A stretch of DNA of 64,000 nt, taken from the IMG/VR virus record IMGVR_UViG_3300005077_000003, positions 96,001 through 160,000 of that record, one strand, 5' to 3'. Positions 1 to 10,221 of this stretch are shown here, piece after piece. How positions within the stretch are numbered: the stretch's first letter is position 1; each line of letters opens with the position of its first letter. Both the position numbers and the translations under genes were made by a program. The notes under the pieces are model-generated. The model saw only the letters and a program-made list of their open reading frames with translations, did not search any database and was not told where the DNA came from. Source of the stretch: a virus.

Positions 1-504
1 CTGCTAGGAAGTAAACTAAAGACGGAAGCAACAAAAGCCGGAGTGACTTCTGTTACTGCTGCAGCTGCAGGACAGTTTACTAAAAGATCTTTGTTCCCAG
101 TATTAGGAAGAGAAATTGCTGGGAATATTACAATTAAATCAATAGGAGTACAACTAAAAACTCTTGGTATCGCATTAGGAGAAGTTAGCCCAGCATTCTT
201 AAAATCATATGTAAAATATAATTTAATTGGATCATATGTAGCTGGAGCAATATCAAGATTGCTTATTCAGAATGCTCAAGTTGGTAATAAGGCTCTACCT
301 ATAACAATGATGCCACTTATCTTTAAGGGCGCTCCACTAGAGGCTGGTTTAAATAGTACTGATTACGGATATTGGTCATTATCATCTAAAATACATTGGG
401 CTTATAAAGACTTTACTTCAACCGTAGGACGATTGTTCCACGAGCTAACATCTCCAAATGCAGACTCACAAGAGTATAATATAATTAAGGAGTTATCTAA
501 ATAA
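1..504 (+). CDS. Hypothetical protein in the baseplate region, 5'-truncated
   Basis: Frame is open from base 1 (CTG CTA GGA...) to TAA at 502-504; no recognised motif. Confidence 0.7.
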   Translation: MLGSKLKTEATKAGVTSVTAAAAGQFTKRSLFPVLGREIAGNITIKSIGVQLKTLGIALGEVSPAFLKSYVKYNLIGSYVAGAISRLLIQNAQVGNKALPITMMPLIFKGAPLEAGLNSTDYGYWSLSSKIHWAYKDFTSTVGRLFHELTSPNADSQEYNIIKELSK

Positions 505-507
505 GAT

Positions 508-1221
508 ATGTCAGTAGATAATGAAAGAAGGTTTGAGTTATGGCCAGGCTTATCATATGAGCTATTGCCAGAAAAAATACTTAATTTTGTATTCCATCCT
601 CTTGTAAGAGGTAAGATACTTGGGCTATTTTCTGGTACTGAAGGTGTATTTGAAGAGAATAGAAAATATATATACTGGAATACCCAATTTGGTGTGGCCG
701 CAAAAAGCTCTAGCGATGAACTAATATTTCTTGGCGCCAGCTCTTCTGATATAAAATCAATAGTAAATACTATGAAGTTTTTAAACATAGAAGGTTTACT
801 ATCAAATAGCAGCGATTACATAAGAGATGCCAGCATTGAAGATATTAGTAACTCTACTTATACAACTGATTTTATCAAAAAGACTATTAATATTGCTATA
901 ACAGAAATAGGCAAAAGGATATCTCTTGTAACAGCTGCAAATTACGGATCAAAGGATTCAGCTTTGTTTATAACTGATCATACATCTCCTGGTAATGGTA
1001 TTCAGCCAATAAAAAGGCTAACTGGATTTTATTCTAAAGATACTAATAAAGGGAAAATAATAGCATATTCTCATTTTACTGGGTCAAACAGATCAAATGT
1101 ATCTGATTCACACGCTGGAAGAATAAAAGATTCTGTGGCCCATATATCTAACCAAGAATTTACAGGCCCATTTGCAGAAGCAAAAATGAGATATCTTATG
1201 TATAAGGATACCCATGAGTAA
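508..1221 (+). CDS. Hypothetical protein (237 aa), baseplate region
   Basis: Long ORF overlapping the next gene by 8 nt; function inferred from position only. Confidence 0.65.
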   Translation: MSVDNERRFELWPGLSYELLPEKILNFVFHPLVRGKILGLFSGTEGVFEENRKYIYWNTQFGVAAKSSSDELIFLGASSSDIKSIVNTMKFLNIEGLLSNSSDYIRDASIEDISNSTYTTDFIKKTINIAITEIGKRISLVTAANYGSKDSALFITDHTSPGNGIQPIKRLTGFYSKDTNKGKIIAYSHFTGSNRSNVSDSHAGRIKDSVAHISNQEFTGPFAEAKMRYLMYKDTHE

Positions 1222-1681
1222 TTTTGTAGCAAACCTATATCCAGATATTAATGGATATACACCAGCAGATATAACCAATTGGTTGGTTGCATCTACTGAT
1301 GGCAAATTAATGGTATTGTCTCCAAACAGCGGGAAGACGGTTCCGGTCCTACAGGTTGGTGGCGCAGATAGTGAACTAGTATCACAAGCAGATAGTGAAA
1401 CAGAAGGCACTGTAGACAAGAATTACTCTAAAGAAGGATTAAGGACTAATCCATTATCACTGTTCCCATCATCATTTTTTACTCCTATCCCACCACAATT
1501 AAGCGCGCTTCTTCCTGGTCCTCTATCTGTTATAAGTAATCCAAATTTATTGGTTACTATATTAGCCATATCTGCTGCTGCAACAAAGGATGAAGTAAAA
1601 TATAGTTATAATGTAAAAACTTTACCAATTAAAGTTATTGACAATCAAGATCTTGAAGATAAGTTCTTTGGGAGAGAATAA
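1214..1681 (+). CDS. Hypothetical protein (155 aa), baseplate region
   Basis: TAATG overlap with the wedge gene; no motif. Confidence 0.65.
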   Translation: MSNFVANLYPDINGYTPADITNWLVASTDGKLMVLSPNSGKTVPVLQVGGADSELVSQADSETEGTVDKNYSKEGLRTNPLSLFPSSFFTPIPPQLSALLPGPLSVISNPNLLVTILAISAAATKDEVKYSYNVKTLPIKVIDNQDLEDKFFGRE

Positions 1682-2112
1682 TGGCATATAATCAAGTTGA
1701 TATATATATGGGTCTATCTGGAGATTTTCAATTAGGTTCAAATGGCGATATAATGCTTGCAGAATCATTTGAATCAACTAAACAGACAGTGAATTATATT
1801 GCGCGTACTGATAAAGGCGACTATATCCCTGATGGGAGAATTGGCGGGGACTTGGGGACCTTTGTTGGCGATATACTAGATGAAGAAATACTATCTAATA
1901 TGGAGCGCTCATTATCGTCAAATTTATCTAGATTTATTCTAAATGAGAGCGATTTCAAAGTACATTGTATGCCAATATCTATAAACGACGTTGGAGTATT
2001 CATAGTTTTAGGCGGTCAGTATCTTGATAAAGACGGAAATATATTAGATACAGATACAGAAGTTATATCATTCTCCTTCCCATATGCTGAGGGATCATCT
2101 TCTTTAGAGTAA
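1681..2112 (+). CDS. Baseplate wedge protein, gp25/DUF2634(XkdS)-like
   Basis: 143 aa; SGDFQLGSNGDI...RTDKGDY...IGGDLGTFVG pattern; lies directly upstream of baseplate J, as in contractile-tail modules. Confidence 0.7.
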   Translation: MAYNQVDIYMGLSGDFQLGSNGDIMLAESFESTKQTVNYIARTDKGDYIPDGRIGGDLGTFVGDILDEEILSNMERSLSSNLSRFILNESDFKVHCMPISINDVGVFIVLGGQYLDKDGNILDTDTEVISFSFPYAEGSSSLE

Positions 2113-2118
2113 TATGCC

Positions 2119-3273
2119 ATGAGAGCGCTTAAGACGTACGATCATATGATTGCAGACTCGCTAATTTATTTAGCTGAGAATACTGATATAACATATTTAT
2201 CAGAAGGATCGGTCGCGAGATCTCTAGTAGAAGCTACTATGCTAGAGATTGCTAAAGTACAAGAATATATAGCTGCTGGTTATGCCAATGTTTTTATTAA
2301 CTCAGCTACGGGGACATATCTTGATCTTATAGGGGAGATGGTTGGGACAGCCAGACTTACCAGTGCTAAGTCATCAGTTTCAGCAGAAGATAAAAATATT
2401 AAGTTTAGCGTGGTTTCTGGCGTATTAAGGGACAAATTCCCTCACCCAACTGATTCTACATTAGGACAAATTCCGGCTGGAATTATAATACAAACGTCAG
2501 ATGGTGCAATAAAATTCATTACTTCTGCTGCGATAACCTTCCCAGGAGGCGCCACAGAAGTCTTTGTAAGCGCAGAAGCGGAGGATTATGGCTCCATATA
2601 TAACATAGGTAAATACAGGCTAAATACGCATGATGGGCCGTCTGGAGTAAGCGTCACTAATCTATACCCTATAAGCAATGGCGGATCAGAAGAGAGTGAT
2701 GCCAACTATAGATATAGGCTAAGCAATATATTTGCTGCAGCTCCTTCTTCAAATGCGACATCTATAAGATTAGCCGTAGCTGGGATACCAGATGTTTCGC
2801 GCGTCATTTTAAATGAGTACTCAAGAGGAGCTGGCACTTTTGATGCTATGCTAATTCCTATTGGTAATAAGGTAAGCTCCAGAGCCAGAAGCTTGGCTCA
2901 AGCAGCCGTAAATCACGCATCTGCATTTGGTGTAAGTGCATTTGTAACAGAACCATCTTATTTGCCATTCAAAATAACAATACAATTAATACCAGCTAAT
3001 GGTGCGACAGCAGGTACTGTGGATGTTAATAGAATTAGTGCTAAAAATGCAGTACTTAATTATATGGAAACCATCCCCATTGGTGGAGAGCTTATAATAA
3101 ATAGGCTCCGCGCCGCAGTTATTGACAGCGTAATAAGCCAAATAAAAGACATAAAGATTATTGATATATGCTTAGAAGGTCGTTCTCGCGTAATTAGAAA
3201 TTATCAGCTAGAAAGAAACCAGCTGTTCACACCAGACACAGAATCAGGCAGCGAAGCTGTTGTTATAGTATGA
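2119..3273 (+). CDS. Baseplate J-like protein
   Basis: Motifs ATGTYLDLIG, VSAEAEDYGSIYNIG and NGGSEESDANYRYR (the GGxDxEsD..YR.R pattern of Baseplate_J). Confidence 0.88.
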   Translation: MRALKTYDHMIADSLIYLAENTDITYLSEGSVARSLVEATMLEIAKVQEYIAAGYANVFINSATGTYLDLIGEMVGTARLTSAKSSVSAEDKNIKFSVVSGVLRDKFPHPTDSTLGQIPAGIIIQTSDGAIKFITSAAITFPGGATEVFVSAEAEDYGSIYNIGKYRLNTHDGPSGVSVTNLYPISNGGSEESDANYRYRLSNIFAAAPSSNATSIRLAVAGIPDVSRVILNEYSRGAGTFDAMLIPIGNKVSSRARSLAQAAVNHASAFGVSAFVTEPSYLPFKITIQLIPANGATAGTVDVNRISAKNAVLNYMETIPIGGELIINRLRAAVIDSVISQIKDIKIIDICLEGRSRVIRNYQLERNQLFTPDTESGSEAVVIV

Positions 3274-3752
3274 CAGAGTATTTTAAGTTCTATTTTCCAC
3301 AGTATAACCCTGCAGAATTAACTGGGGCAGTTGGTGGAGCTATTAGTTCAAAAGAACTTGCTTCATCAATAAATGAATTGTTTGTACCAATAGATGTATC
3401 ATCTGGTGGGTACGCATCTGAGTTTTATCAATATAGGAAAATGTGGATCAAGCAAGTTTCGCATACCAGCTATTCTTATTTAAGTATGCAAACTGCAAAT
3501 GTGGAATATAATAGCAGGTTTGCCATAGCAACAGGGAATCACTCAGTAGGTACAGGAACAGCAACAAATGCGCTTACCGCTCCATCAGAAGTAGGGACCT
3601 GGACTTCAAATTTAGGTGCTCAGGTAAACTTATTGACAGGAGCTACCAGCGAATATAATAGTAAATATTGTATCTGGATAAGGCAAAAAATAGTATCAGG
3701 TGATACACCCGATACTATAAATAGCTTAAACATTAGATTAATTGGCTATTAA
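3270..3752 (+). CDS. Putative virion structural protein (160 aa)
   Basis: ATGA and TAATG overlaps with neighbours; beta-rich sequence (YRKMWIKQ, CIWIRQK). Confidence 0.6.
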   Translation: MTEYFKFYFPQYNPAELTGAVGGAISSKELASSINELFVPIDVSSGGYASEFYQYRKMWIKQVSHTSYSYLSMQTANVEYNSRFAIATGNHSVGTGTATNALTAPSEVGTWTSNLGAQVNLLTGATSEYNSKYCIWIRQKIVSGDTPDTINSLNIRLIGY

Positions 3753-5404
3753 TGACAGTATCAGAAAACATAGGCGAGTACTATACATATAGTACTTCAT
3801 CACCATTTCTTGGTAATATAACAATATCTACCAAGCTGGTAGATAATTCTATAACATCAATTAAGCCAAGATATGGTTGCCGCGCATATTCTACTCAGAA
3901 GATTATGAACAATCTTCCTGCATGGATGGAAATGCGCAAAAACCATGAGTCAATTGCACAACAATTAACTCACGCATGGGGTAAAGAATTAGATGATACT
4001 ATATCACTATATAATGAGTATAGAGCAAATCAGTTCATAGGTACTTCTGATACCTTCTGTGACATAAGTACTGGTATTTCAGATTTATCTTTTAGTGAAT
4101 ATAAAGTTTATGAACCAAGATTAGTAAACTTATTATTTAACTCATCTTTTAGTATTAAAGGAGCAGCAAGGCTGCAAAAGCCAGAAGGCTGGCATGTTGA
4201 AAGAGATGAATTAAATGCTCTATCTTTTTATACAGAAGATACATTATTTGGAGAGAACTCCCTATTACTCGATGGCTCTATTGGAGAAGTTGTTTTAAAA
4301 CAAAGCAGGGAATATACTCAAAGTGGTGGCTCCCTAAACCTAAGTATATTTGTAAAAACAATTGGTTCTACTGGTTCTACTACTAGTAAAGTACAAGAAC
4401 ATAAAGGTGGAATTATATTAGTACTACAATATGCTGATGGTGAAACAAGGTCGTATGGTATAGGATTCCCTAATAATACACAAGACAAATGGGCGCGCGC
4501 CACTTTCTCTGTAGAGGTAACCAAAAAAATATTTAAGTATGAAGTTCTAATAATAAATAGAACAGCATATATTTATGCAGTAGATCTACCACAGCTTGAA
4601 GTAGGTAAGTCAGCAACTAACTGGACACCTAGCTTATATGATACTCCTATATTCTTAAACTCTAATGTAAGACATATGGCGGCAGTACAAGTATTACTTG
4701 GGAAGTCTGATGGTGCTATAAATAAATTAGAGCTACTAGCAATAAATTCCTCGGATGAATTCAAGGATACTATTATACCAACAAGAATAGAGGCAGCTAC
4801 TATAGTAGATAATCCAAGACATTCATTTAATTTAGAGTATCTACAAGAAGTAACATATGGTAAAGAAGAACTACCCACTAAATGGGTTGTCTATAACAAT
4901 AAAATAAGACAACAAAGCATAACTACTCCAGATGTATATGGAGAAGAAATGCTACCAGTAGATTTATATATGAATGAAGATGGCGTATTATTACTAAATA
5001 CTTATGATGCCGATAATGGTAATATATCAGTATGCGCTTTGACTATATATAACAACTGGATGTTTGTTGTAACTAAAGAATCATATATGGGCAGTACTAA
5101 GTATGTGCTAAAATTTGTAAGACCTGGAAAGCTTACGTATGATGATGTGTACTTGCAATCTTTTGGAGATATAGAACTACCATTAGATTTAGCGGGCAAC
5201 CCACAACTTGATGAACCAGAAGATACAATAACAAGGATAGGTATATGTAAGAATATACCATTTACAATTTTCATAGACACAGATTTAAGAAAGAGATTCT
5301 ACTTCAGCATGAAGTATGATTATACCTATGCTGATTTTAGACAACGTAAACTTTATTGTAGAGAAAATTACGTCGCTAACGGTAGTAGATTACAAGTAGT
5401 GTAG
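3752..5404 (+). CDS. Virion protein with a CBM4/9-like carbohydrate-binding module (550 aa)
   Basis: NLLFNSSF...PEGW and LPQLEVG..ATNWTP motifs typical of galactose-binding-like domains in phage tail proteins. Confidence 0.55.
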   Translation: MTVSENIGEYYTYSTSSPFLGNITISTKLVDNSITSIKPRYGCRAYSTQKIMNNLPAWMEMRKNHESIAQQLTHAWGKELDDTISLYNEYRANQFIGTSDTFCDISTGISDLSFSEYKVYEPRLVNLLFNSSFSIKGAARLQKPEGWHVERDELNALSFYTEDTLFGENSLLLDGSIGEVVLKQSREYTQSGGSLNLSIFVKTIGSTGSTTSKVQEHKGGIILVLQYADGETRSYGIGFPNNTQDKWARATFSVEVTKKIFKYEVLIINRTAYIYAVDLPQLEVGKSATNWTPSLYDTPIFLNSNVRHMAAVQVLLGKSDGAINKLELLAINSSDEFKDTIIPTRIEAATIVDNPRHSFNLEYLQEVTYGKEELPTKWVVYNNKIRQQSITTPDVYGEEMLPVDLYMNEDGVLLLNTYDADNGNISVCALTIYNNWMFVVTKESYMGSTKYVLKFVRPGKLTYDDVYLQSFGDIELPLDLAGNPQLDEPEDTITRIGICKNIPFTIFIDTDLRKRFYFSMKYDYTYADFRQRKLYCRENYVANGSRLQVV

Positions 5405-5407
5405 ATC

Positions 5408-8182
5408 ATGGCTTACAAACAGTATTCTGATTATGCATATACGGGCAACCAAGAATCCTATAAAAATAGGATACAAAATAATGCATTCGACACTAATTAT
5501 GCGGAAGAAATCTCTTTCCCATATAAATATGATGTCTTTGTAAATAAAGAAAATACAACAGAAGGTCCATTCTCTGTTACTGAGAGCCACATAAGCTCTC
5601 AGATAGATGGCGGTGTATTATATTTAGACCACAGATTCGCGGTAGATGCTACCGGCGGTATTGCAAGTGTAACATGTTCTGATGGTTCCGCGACAATAGT
5701 CGGATATGATACGTATGTTGGTTCAATAGAGTTTGGTGTTGAACCAACAACTTCGCCTTTTACTATAACATATTCAGCGCGCGGAGATAAGACCTGGGAC
5801 TCACATATAAATGCCGTACAAAACGCAGTAATGCGTATAGAGAATACTATTGGCCTACATGATAATGACCCTGCCCAAACAGGATTAATATCTCTTCCTC
5901 TTGTAACTACTTGGGAGCCAGCTAATCAAGCAGACCTTGATAATATGAAGCTGAATACTCTCAAGAATATAGTGCTACTTGAACACTTACAAGATGATAT
6001 TAAGATAGGTAGTACCCGTGGTGCAATTACTTCTACTGGCCCTCATACAATTACAATAGGCAATCCTGGTGGTGCTGATACTGATAGCATAGTAATAGAT
6101 GCTGCATCTATTACAGTTAATTCATCTAATACTGATGGCGGCACACTAATATATAGTGCCAGCACTGGAGACTTTGTATATTTTACTGGTCAATCTGAGT
6201 TTGCATCTCAGATGACAATCGGTAAATCTTGGGCGGTAACCGGCCTATATTCTGGGGTTATCCCATCACATATGACCGGCTTCTACAATGACGCAATGCT
6301 TAGAGTAAATGGGAACATTTACTTTGGCGGCAATATGTCTGGGAATGGTTCCATAACCTTCGTTTTATCGACAGGAGAAATGGTTGATGTTGTTGGTGGC
6401 AACATGTATATAGACAACCTTACTGTAGATTCATCTCTAACAGTAAATGCGCCATCTACTTTCTCAAAAAGATTATACGTACAAGGTCCTGGATATTTTG
6501 AAACAAATAATGATATTACATTAACTAATAAAACAAACTACAGCCCTACAAAAATTGATGGCCTAGATCCCAGCTATGCCGATGCAGCAGTAAATAGCAA
6601 CGCAATGTTGCCAGGTACTATTGGTACTCCTATATATAAAGAACCATTTGATGGCACTGATTATAGTAATCCATATATATCTGGAGCCAAAGAACATCCT
6701 ATACTTAGAAGCTGGATGTATCCGATGCTAGGTGGGTGGATGTTTACAGGCACAGTAAATTACGAAAAAGCATCCTATTATTCTCATAAAAATGTACTAT
6801 TAGTTAATGCTAATATGAGAGCTGCCAGTGGTGGCTATGGCGATGTTGATGACTATTTTACATATTGCCCTGGACTATTCTCACCTGGTGATACATATAT
6901 AGAAATAGAAAATTCTACATCAGATGCTTTTGCATACCCAATATATTATCACGAAGCTCTTACTGGAACAGTAAGTACGGTTGTAACAGCAACTGGGTTA
7001 AATTTATATGTAGTTGCAGATGACGATGCTTTTGAGGGAGCAACAATAGCTGGTAGCACGTATAGATTATTCCAGCCAAGCAATGCACCAATGGGGTATT
7101 TGTCAGGATGGGGAGGCGCTACAACTTCTCCTAATGTAAGCTTTGGAGTACAATCATATAGCTACTATGGAGGATCAACGCAAAAAACTATTGATATTAA
7201 AACGCACCCATCACACATTGGTCCATCAGCTGGAGCTACTCCTTGGCCTATATATAGAAGGATAAAAAATAATTCTATATTGACTTGTAGTGTAAAAACA
7301 GCACTACAAAGGAATATAGACCATGAAGGAATATCTGACTTACCTGGAGGGTACGGAGATATAACTACTCCCATAAATGGTATTGCATATATATATGCAG
7401 CTAGCCATAATTCATATGGAACACTAGATGAAAACGTAACTTTAATAGCATCTCCAAGTCCATATGGTATATGTGCAGAAAATACTTGGGGAGTAGGATT
7501 AAACCTAAATCCTGGTCAGTGGACTATCGTTGGTGAGGTAGCAGCATCTACTTCAGATGGAAATACCTGGACACATATAGAGACAGTTGGCTATAGGCCA
7601 AATGGATTGTACGATTCTTGCTGGGTACCTATTACTCAATATAGAATGACGGATTTATCTTTACCATGGTCTACTATACCATCAGAACCGGTTGAGAATA
7701 TGGGCAGGTGCTTGCCTATTATTGTACATGATGATTGGATTTCTGTAGCCGATGATTTATGGAGGGATAATGTATATGAAGGGAGGATGAATTTTTATGT
7801 TGAACATAACTTAGGCCCAATTAGAAATCTCTCAGATGTTTCATTAGAAGTATACGTTGGAGATATAAAACCAGATATATTTATGCATCCATTATCTGGT
7901 GCATCTGCAAATGATTGGGGAAGTTTCCATCAGGCATCTTCAACATGGGCATCAGTATGGGGCGGTTTAACATCCCCATTTGGCGATCGACATTGGCTTG
8001 GTGATGGATATAAACCAACTTGGAATGACAGAAGAGGATTCTTAAGACAAATACCTGATGCTCAGCTAGCATTTTTTGATTCAAGATTTGCTAGGATATC
8101 TATCTTTGATGAAGAATATATGAAAGCATATGATGAATCTCTACCTCAATATATTAGAGTTATTATAAAGAGAACTAAGTAA
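5408..8182 (+). CDS. Large tail/fibre-associated protein (924 aa)
   Basis: SHINAVQNAVMRIENTIG fibre-anchor-like motif; Gly/Thr/Ser-rich; coupled within the operon. Confidence 0.55.
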   Translation: MAYKQYSDYAYTGNQESYKNRIQNNAFDTNYAEEISFPYKYDVFVNKENTTEGPFSVTESHISSQIDGGVLYLDHRFAVDATGGIASVTCSDGSATIVGYDTYVGSIEFGVEPTTSPFTITYSARGDKTWDSHINAVQNAVMRIENTIGLHDNDPAQTGLISLPLVTTWEPANQADLDNMKLNTLKNIVLLEHLQDDIKIGSTRGAITSTGPHTITIGNPGGADTDSIVIDAASITVNSSNTDGGTLIYSASTGDFVYFTGQSEFASQMTIGKSWAVTGLYSGVIPSHMTGFYNDAMLRVNGNIYFGGNMSGNGSITFVLSTGEMVDVVGGNMYIDNLTVDSSLTVNAPSTFSKRLYVQGPGYFETNNDITLTNKTNYSPTKIDGLDPSYADAAVNSNAMLPGTIGTPIYKEPFDGTDYSNPYISGAKEHPILRSWMYPMLGGWMFTGTVNYEKASYYSHKNVLLVNANMRAASGGYGDVDDYFTYCPGLFSPGDTYIEIENSTSDAFAYPIYYHEALTGTVSTVVTATGLNLYVVADDDAFEGATIAGSTYRLFQPSNAPMGYLSGWGGATTSPNVSFGVQSYSYYGGSTQKTIDIKTHPSHIGPSAGATPWPIYRRIKNNSILTCSVKTALQRNIDHEGISDLPGGYGDITTPINGIAYIYAASHNSYGTLDENVTLIASPSPYGICAENTWGVGLNLNPGQWTIVGEVAASTSDGNTWTHIETVGYRPNGLYDSCWVPITQYRMTDLSLPWSTIPSEPVENMGRCLPIIVHDDWISVADDLWRDNVYEGRMNFYVEHNLGPIRNLSDVSLEVYVGDIKPDIFMHPLSGASANDWGSFHQASSTWASVWGGLTSPFGDRHWLGDGYKPTWNDRRGFLRQIPDAQLAFFDSRFARISIFDEEYMKAYDESLPQYIRVIIKRTK

Positions 8183-10221
8183 TGACTGCAGTAACTGGAT
8201 TTTATACTGGTCAGTACGGTGGTTTCGTAACTGGCGCAAGCACTTCATCTAGTGCTTGTGGAGAATATTGGCGTGATGTCTACGGCGATGCGACCGTAGG
8301 CTATATACCTCCGGTATCAGGATATAATTATGTTGAAAATATTCCCAAGCGCGGTCCTTATGATGGCATATTTCGCTGGGAAGAAGTAACCATACAACTT
8401 GAAAATGTGCAGTCTGGTGCACTATTAGAATTCACAGTACCAGATTCATATACTATACAAATTACTCCTGACTTAGGCTGGCAAAGTACAATCGCCATGT
8501 TTGGCGATGATCCAGATGCTAAAGCAAATAACCCGCACCTTAAAACTGCTGGGGTATTTTCTATACTTGAGGGAACTCTTACTGATAATGGTGATGGTAC
8601 AGTAACAGCAGATATTAGCGGGAATGCTTTCGCTAATGCTGCCACAGATGGATATGGCCCCCATTTATGGCGCGCAGTTCCTTGGGCAGATGGTAACCCA
8701 GGACTAGGTGGCTATCCCGCTAGGTTTGAATATTACTCAGATGAGTCTCAATTAGATTTTACTATTGATAATATAATAAAAGAAACAAATCATCCAAACC
8801 AAGTAATAACAGGGAAGAAATCACTCAGGGCTACTATATCAATAGAGGACGAAAATAACCCCACAGTATTTATAGAACAGAATAATACTGCTTGGAGAGT
8901 ATGGTTTTCAATTGATAGGCCACAAGTAAAATTTAAAATAGTTGCCTCTGATAGTGGTGGTGGAATAGTTGGCTACCATAGTGTATCAATAGACTATGAT
9001 AGTTTTAACCAATATAATAGTCACATATGGAACTCGATAGATAGCTTTGCGCTATTTGCAAGCTTAGCCAGATTACCAGGTGAAACCAGCTATTCATTAA
9101 AAGAAAGAATAGTAGACGCCTATAATAATAAAGGCGGCTCCCATTATACTGGGCTTATTAGAGCTATCAATAGAGAGCTTGGTATTCATAGATTTGATGA
9201 GGCCCTAAATATATCAAGAGCAACTGATCAATTTGGCCAGCCTAATGTTGATATACTTTCTGTTATCACAACTCATACTAGACTATCACTATATTGCAAC
9301 TCTCTAATAAGAGATGAAGAAGTCAAAGTCGTAGATACATACGAGCATTTAGTATATACAGATTATAGAATAAATTCTATTGCAAGGATTACTACTGAGC
9401 GCGGCGATCTTTTGCCAGAAAAAGATTGGTATGTGTACAATACTCCTGATTATAACTGCATAAGATTTGCTGATTATGTAGAGGGTATAATAAAAATAAC
9501 ATATCAATATTATATAGACTTTAATTATGAAGACTATTCTACACTAGTAGATCTAGTAGATGCAATTAATTTAGCCGCTAATCCATCTGGAACGCTAATA
9601 GCAGAAGCCTCGCTTGCTGATAACATATCTGGTATAGAAAATCCAAATAGATTATATCATACAACTATTACATTAGATATAAATAACACAGAAGATACTA
9701 TTGGATGGTCTACTATAAAGCTTAGCAGCATTGCTGACCAAGAATGGAAAGAATCTTTTAAAGACGAAAGTCTTATGTATTTTGGCAGTGCATTCTATAA
9801 ATATATATTAGAACTAAAAAGCCAAACAAATGTTGAATGGGGATTTGTTGTGGCTGATAAAGATATATGGGATGCTGTTGAATCTGATACATATGGCCAT
9901 ACACACCTACCACTGGTATATGATATAAAATTATCTAATTGGAAACTAACTGCGCCTGTTGCTATAAAGCATTCATTTGATATATGGGATGCATTTAGAA
10001 TGGGTTTCTATTATGATGGCAGGCTAATTAAAAATACTGGTATGAACAAAGAGTTGTTCAGATCAGGAGTTGGATTTAAAAAAGACTGTATGGTATCTCT
10101 TAAATTTACAAGCGTATCATCAAAAGATAAAAGAATAAATTTAAATCCATATTTATCTCTCCCAATAGATACTATTGATATAGATGATAGCCTAATACAA
10201 GATATTATATTGGATATTTAA
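8182..10221 (+). CDS. Large virion structural protein (679 aa)
   Basis: TAATG overlap at both ends; no catalytic motif seen. Confidence 0.6.
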   Translation: MTAVTGFYTGQYGGFVTGASTSSSACGEYWRDVYGDATVGYIPPVSGYNYVENIPKRGPYDGIFRWEEVTIQLENVQSGALLEFTVPDSYTIQITPDLGWQSTIAMFGDDPDAKANNPHLKTAGVFSILEGTLTDNGDGTVTADISGNAFANAATDGYGPHLWRAVPWADGNPGLGGYPARFEYYSDESQLDFTIDNIIKETNHPNQVITGKKSLRATISIEDENNPTVFIEQNNTAWRVWFSIDRPQVKFKIVASDSGGGIVGYHSVSIDYDSFNQYNSHIWNSIDSFALFASLARLPGETSYSLKERIVDAYNNKGGSHYTGLIRAINRELGIHRFDEALNISRATDQFGQPNVDILSVITTHTRLSLYCNSLIRDEEVKVVDTYEHLVYTDYRINSIARITTERGDLLPEKDWYVYNTPDYNCIRFADYVEGIIKITYQYYIDFNYEDYSTLVDLVDAINLAANPSGTLIAEASLADNISGIENPNRLYHTTITLDINNTEDTIGWSTIKLSSIADQEWKESFKDESLMYFGSAFYKYILELKSQTNVEWGFVVADKDIWDAVESDTYGHTHLPLVYDIKLSNWKLTAPVAIKHSFDIWDAFRMGFYYDGRLIKNTGMNKELFRSGVGFKKDCMVSLKFTSVSSKDKRINLNPYLSLPIDTIDIDDSLIQDIILDI